IMG/VR virus record: IMGVR_UViG_3300007961_000135
Span: 11,287-75,286 of that record
DNA: 64,000 nt
From: a virus
Lineage: Duplodnaviria > Caudoviricetes
Reading direction: 5' to 3' (one strand)
Part shown: in pieces, positions 61,722 through 64,000 of the stretch
Numbering within the stretch: position 1 is the first letter of the stretch
Layout: every line of letters starts with the position of its first letter
Notes under the pieces: generated by a model
The model's input: only the letters and a program-made list of their open reading frames with translations
What the model was told of the DNA's origin: nothing
Databases searched by the model: none
Made by a program: the position numbers and the translations under genes

Positions 61722-61841
61722 CTACTCAAGCAGTTTTTCGATTATATCGATAACCGACTTGATGAGATTGAGGATTGCGGTGATCATGACCAGCTTTGCG
61801 AGCGTCTTGTCGTGGTCGCCGCTTTTCTTTTGTTTCGCCAT
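61722..61841 (-). CDS. 39-aa peptide MAKQKKSGDHDKTLAKLVMITAILNLIKSVIDIIEKLLE
   Basis: GAAAGGAGGT RBS; first ORF after the consensus promoter. Confidence 0.65.
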   Translation of the reverse strand: MAKQKKSGDHDKTLAKLVMITAILNLIKSVIDIIEKLLE

Positions 61842-61868
61842 CGGTCTCTTACCTCCTTTCTGTCTATT

Positions 61869-61966
61869 ATTATAAACGAAAACCTTTCATTTGTCAATAC
61901 TTTTCTTCAAGTTTTTTCTTGATTTTTCAATTTTTTATTGACTTTTGAAAAATAATCGTTTATATT
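61869..61966. promoter_or_regulatory. Divergent sigma-A promoters
   Basis: Minus strand: perfect TTGACA(61897)-17-TATAAT(61874). Plus strand: TTGACT(61938)-17-TATATT. Both carry TCGTTTATA overlapping the -10. Confidence 0.8.
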
Positions 61967-61991
61967 TGCTATATGAAGGAGGTGAACCATT

Positions 61992-62201
61992 GTGAACATC
62001 ACAATGAAGATTAAAATGGCTGAAACATATGCCCAAATTAAAGAGGCTGAATTGGCGCGGAGGCTTGGAACTTCCTCGCAGGCACTCGGCCAGCGCATTA
62101 AGACGGGTAAGTTTACAGCTGCAGAATTGGAGAATATTGCGGCTGCGCTCGGCTGCGAGTTCATTTGTAAATTTCGCTTCCCTGACGGTACAGAAATCTA
62201 A
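61992..62201 (+). CDS. Small XRE-type HTH regulator
   Basis: AELARRLGTSSQALGQRIKTGKFTAAELENIAAALGCEF. Confidence 0.85.
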   Translation: MNITMKIKMAETYAQIKEAELARRLGTSSQALGQRIKTGKFTAAELENIAAALGCEFICKFRFPDGTEI

Positions 62202-62253
62202 TCCCAGGAAGCATCGTTGCTTGTCCAACAGTTTAGACAACCGAGTGTAGAGC

Positions 62254-62284
62254 AAGCCCCGGGCGGCACGACCGCCCGGGGCTT
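62254..62284. terminator. Hairpin between the convergent HTH genes
   Basis: AAGCCCCGGGCGG-CACGA-CCGCCCGGGGCTT. Confidence 0.7.
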
Positions 62285-62292
62285 TAGGGAGC

Positions 62293-62544
62293 CTATCTCT
62301 TTTGCTTATCCGTGCCAGCACGGTTTTTTGTTTGAACATCCCCGTTAGGCACTCGAACAATGATGTCTGTCGGCTCACAGTCGAGAGCTTCACAAATTAA
62401 GTCGAGGTGTTCAAGGTTGATTCGCTCGGCAATCTCGTGGTACATGTCGTTGATTGTCGATGCTCTTATGCCGGTGGCGCGGGCGAGATCGGCCTGCGTC
62501 CAACGCAGCTCGCCAAGCTTGCGGGACAGTAAAATCCTTATCAT
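62293..62544 (-). CDS. Cro/C1-type (HTH_26-like) regulator next to attR
   Basis: WTQADLARATGIRASTINDMY...LDLICEALDCEPTDII. Confidence 0.9.
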   Translation of the reverse strand: MIRILLSRKLGELRWTQADLARATGIRASTINDMYHEIAERINLEHLDLICEALDCEPTDIIVRVPNGDVQTKNRAGTDKQKR

Positions 62545-62607
62545 AGCCTTTTGCTCCTTTACGGTAAATTCTACCGATTATTGTAGATACCCGCAGGAGT
62601 TTGGTAG

Positions 62608-62628
62608 AAAATAACGTAATTCGTTATT
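62608..62628. promoter_or_regulatory. Palindromic operator-like site upstream of the HTH gene
   Basis: AATAACG-TAATT-CGTTATT; near-identical to the site upstream of avd. Confidence 0.6.
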
Positions 62629-62636
62629 AAAAATAA

Positions 62637-62676
62637 AGAGAGACTATTACCTCGAAATCAAGGTAATAGTCTCTCT
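62637..62676 (-). terminator. Intrinsic terminator just inside attR
   Basis: 16-bp perfect stem AGAGAGACTATTACCT/AGGTAATAGTCTCTCT with a T tract on the minus strand. Confidence 0.8.
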
Positions 62677-62748
62677 GCTTTATTATGTCTTGTCCAACGG
62701 ACAAACTAAAACGAACACGCCGCCACTCATAAAAAGGGTGACCTTGGT

Positions 62749-62795
62749 GTTCGTTTTAGTCAACTTTGGTGGAGCAAGATGCACCAAAGTCGAAC
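62749..62795. other. attR of the prophage / attL of the neighbouring element (core 62764-62772)
   Basis: Same 47-bp architecture and CTTTGGTGG core as 4460-4506. Confidence 0.8.
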
Positions 62796-64000
62796 ACCTC
62801 GCCGGAGGCCTCCGCGAGGCCTTCGACGAATGGCAGGTCGACCGTCTCCGCTCCGTTCTTCGTGTAATTGTAGACGATCCGGATCCGGTCGTCGTACAGA
62901 TAGACGGCGTTCACGAAGTTCTCGATCACCTTCCATTGAAACGCCGGATCCGTGACGTCACCGCCCCGGAACCTCTCGAGCCAGTAGATCACCTGCTCCT
63001 TCGAGAGGGCCGGCGTCTCGAAGCGAATCCGCTCGATCTGGTCCTGAAGCTGCCGGCGCTGCTCCTCGAGCTCCTCGAGCCTCGCCTTCGTCGTCTCCGT
63101 GATGATCCCTTGCTCGATCGCGGTCATGACGTTCCGGATGGAGCGCTCGACGTCGCCGAGCTGCTTCTGCAGGAGGGGACCCTCTCCGGCCTCAGCCTCA
63201 GCACGCTGCAGATCCACGACGGCGTCGGCGATCCTCTCGATCACAGAGTCGACGAGGACCCGCTGCACAGTCTCCCGGACGACGAGCTCCTCGATCCAGT
63301 CCTTCTTCACCGGCTTCTTCTCACAGTCCCGGCGGCGCTTCCGGCCGACGCAGGTGTAGTAGTTATGCTTCGCCCCTGTTTTGGAGGTCCCGGACTCTCC
63401 GACCATGGCGGACCCGCAGCGGCCGCAGAACAGCCGGCCGGTCAGCAGATAGTCGACGCGGGACCACGACGCGGCGGGGGCCTTCGCGTTCTTCGCGATG
63501 ATCTCCTGAGCCATATCGAACGTCTCCCTCGTTATGATGGCGGGGATCCCGCCCTCGATCCTGACGTCGCCGTACTTATACACGCCGACGTACCTCTCAT
63601 TCCGGAGAACGGTCCGGAGCGAGTTCTTGTTAAACTTGACGCCGCGGGAGGTCCTCAGGCCCCGGGCGTTCAGATCCGCGCAGATCTCCGTCGGGCTCAT
63701 GCCGTCGATATACATGGCGAAGATCTCCCGGACGAGGGCGGCGCCGGCGGGCTCGATCGCGTACCGGCCGTCCGGACCTTTGCAGAGGCCGAGCGGCAGC
63801 CGGCCGTTATTGACCTTGCACTCGAGCGCGTTCGCGTGCATCCCTCGCTTTATGTTCTGGGCCAAGTTCGCCGAGTAGTACTCCGCGGAGCCTTCGAGGA
63901 CGCTCTCGAGCAGGATCCCTTCCGGGCCCTCTGGGATGGACTCCTTCGCGTACATGACCCGGACGCCGTACTTCTTCAGCCGCGCTTTATACATGGCCGA
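62756..64000 (-). CDS. Second large serine recombinase (5' end outside the window), belonging to an adjacent GC-richer element
   Basis: Recombinase domain, CGRCGSAM zinc ribbon, coiled coil; homologous to 4415-6037 but with markedly more GC-rich codon usage. Confidence 0.9.
   Translation of the reverse strand, partial: SAMYKARLKKYGVRVMYAKESIPEGPEGILLESVLEGSAEYYSANLAQNIKRGMHANALECKVNNGRLPLGLCKGPDGRYAIEPAGAALVREIFAMYIDGMSPTEICADLNARGLRTSRGVKFNKNSLRTVLRNERYVGVYKYGDVRIEGGIPAIITRETFDMAQEIIAKNAKAPAASWSRVDYLLTGRLFCGRCGSAMVGESGTSKTGAKHNYYTCVGRKRRRDCEKKPVKKDWIEELVVRETVQRVLVDSVIERIADAVVDLQRAEAEAGEGPLLQKQLGDVERSIRNVMTAIEQGIITETTKARLEELEEQRRQLQDQIERIRFETPALSKEQVIYWLERFRGGDVTDPAFQWKVIENFVNAVYLYDDRIRIVYNYTKNGAETVDLPFVEGLAEASGEVFDFGASCSTKVD

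Larger units (their letters stand above)
4475..62772. mobile_element. Complete temperate prophage (~58.3 kb), PBSX/skin-like myovirus carrying a DGR
   Basis: Integrase, switch, replication, packaging, head, contractile tail and lysis modules in canonical order between matching att sites. Confidence 0.9.

Noticed and set aside
62756-62800. Possible frameshift at the 3' end of recombinase 2 (the +1 frame reads CSTLVHLAPP..., like integrase 1)
   Set aside because: The open tail beyond the core is explained by the prophage attP arm being in frame with integrase 1. Frame differences at such att-containing tails cannot be called an error without reads.
1-64000. CRISPR arrays, tRNA or rRNA genes
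   Set aside because: No regularly spaced repeat-spacer units or cloverleaf/rRNA signatures were seen. The repeats found are operators, iterons, att arms or the TR/VR pair.

Overview
Most of the window (about 4475-62772, ~58.3 kb) is an apparently complete temperate prophage of a Clostridia-like Firmicute. It has a large serine integrase, a CI/Cro switch, recombination and replication genes, a PAPS-reductase/ParB/methyltransferase cassette, a PBSX/skin-like head, a contractile tail and a holin-CHAP lysis pair. It carries a complete diversity-generating retroelement (DGR): CLec/FGE-fold target with VR 54962-55078, avd, TR 55638-55754 and RT, with all 11 VR/TR mismatches at TR adenines. A 21-bp palindromic operator-like sequence occurs both upstream of the avd-TR-RT operon and upstream of an XRE gene next to attR, suggesting phage-encoded control of the DGR. 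Matching 47-bp att sites (core CTTTGGTGG) lie inside the 3' ends of two different serine recombinase genes, pointing to tandem accretion of elements at one hotspot and to an integrase whose C-terminus changes on excision. Left of the prophage is a defence/mobile remnant (type IIG-like RM gene, AbiEi-like gene, DUF6809, TnpV). Right of it begins a GC-richer element. The right prophage arm holds a strongly promoted operon of small unknown genes and two tiny hydrophobic peptides. All family assignments come from motif recognition by eye; no database searches were run.
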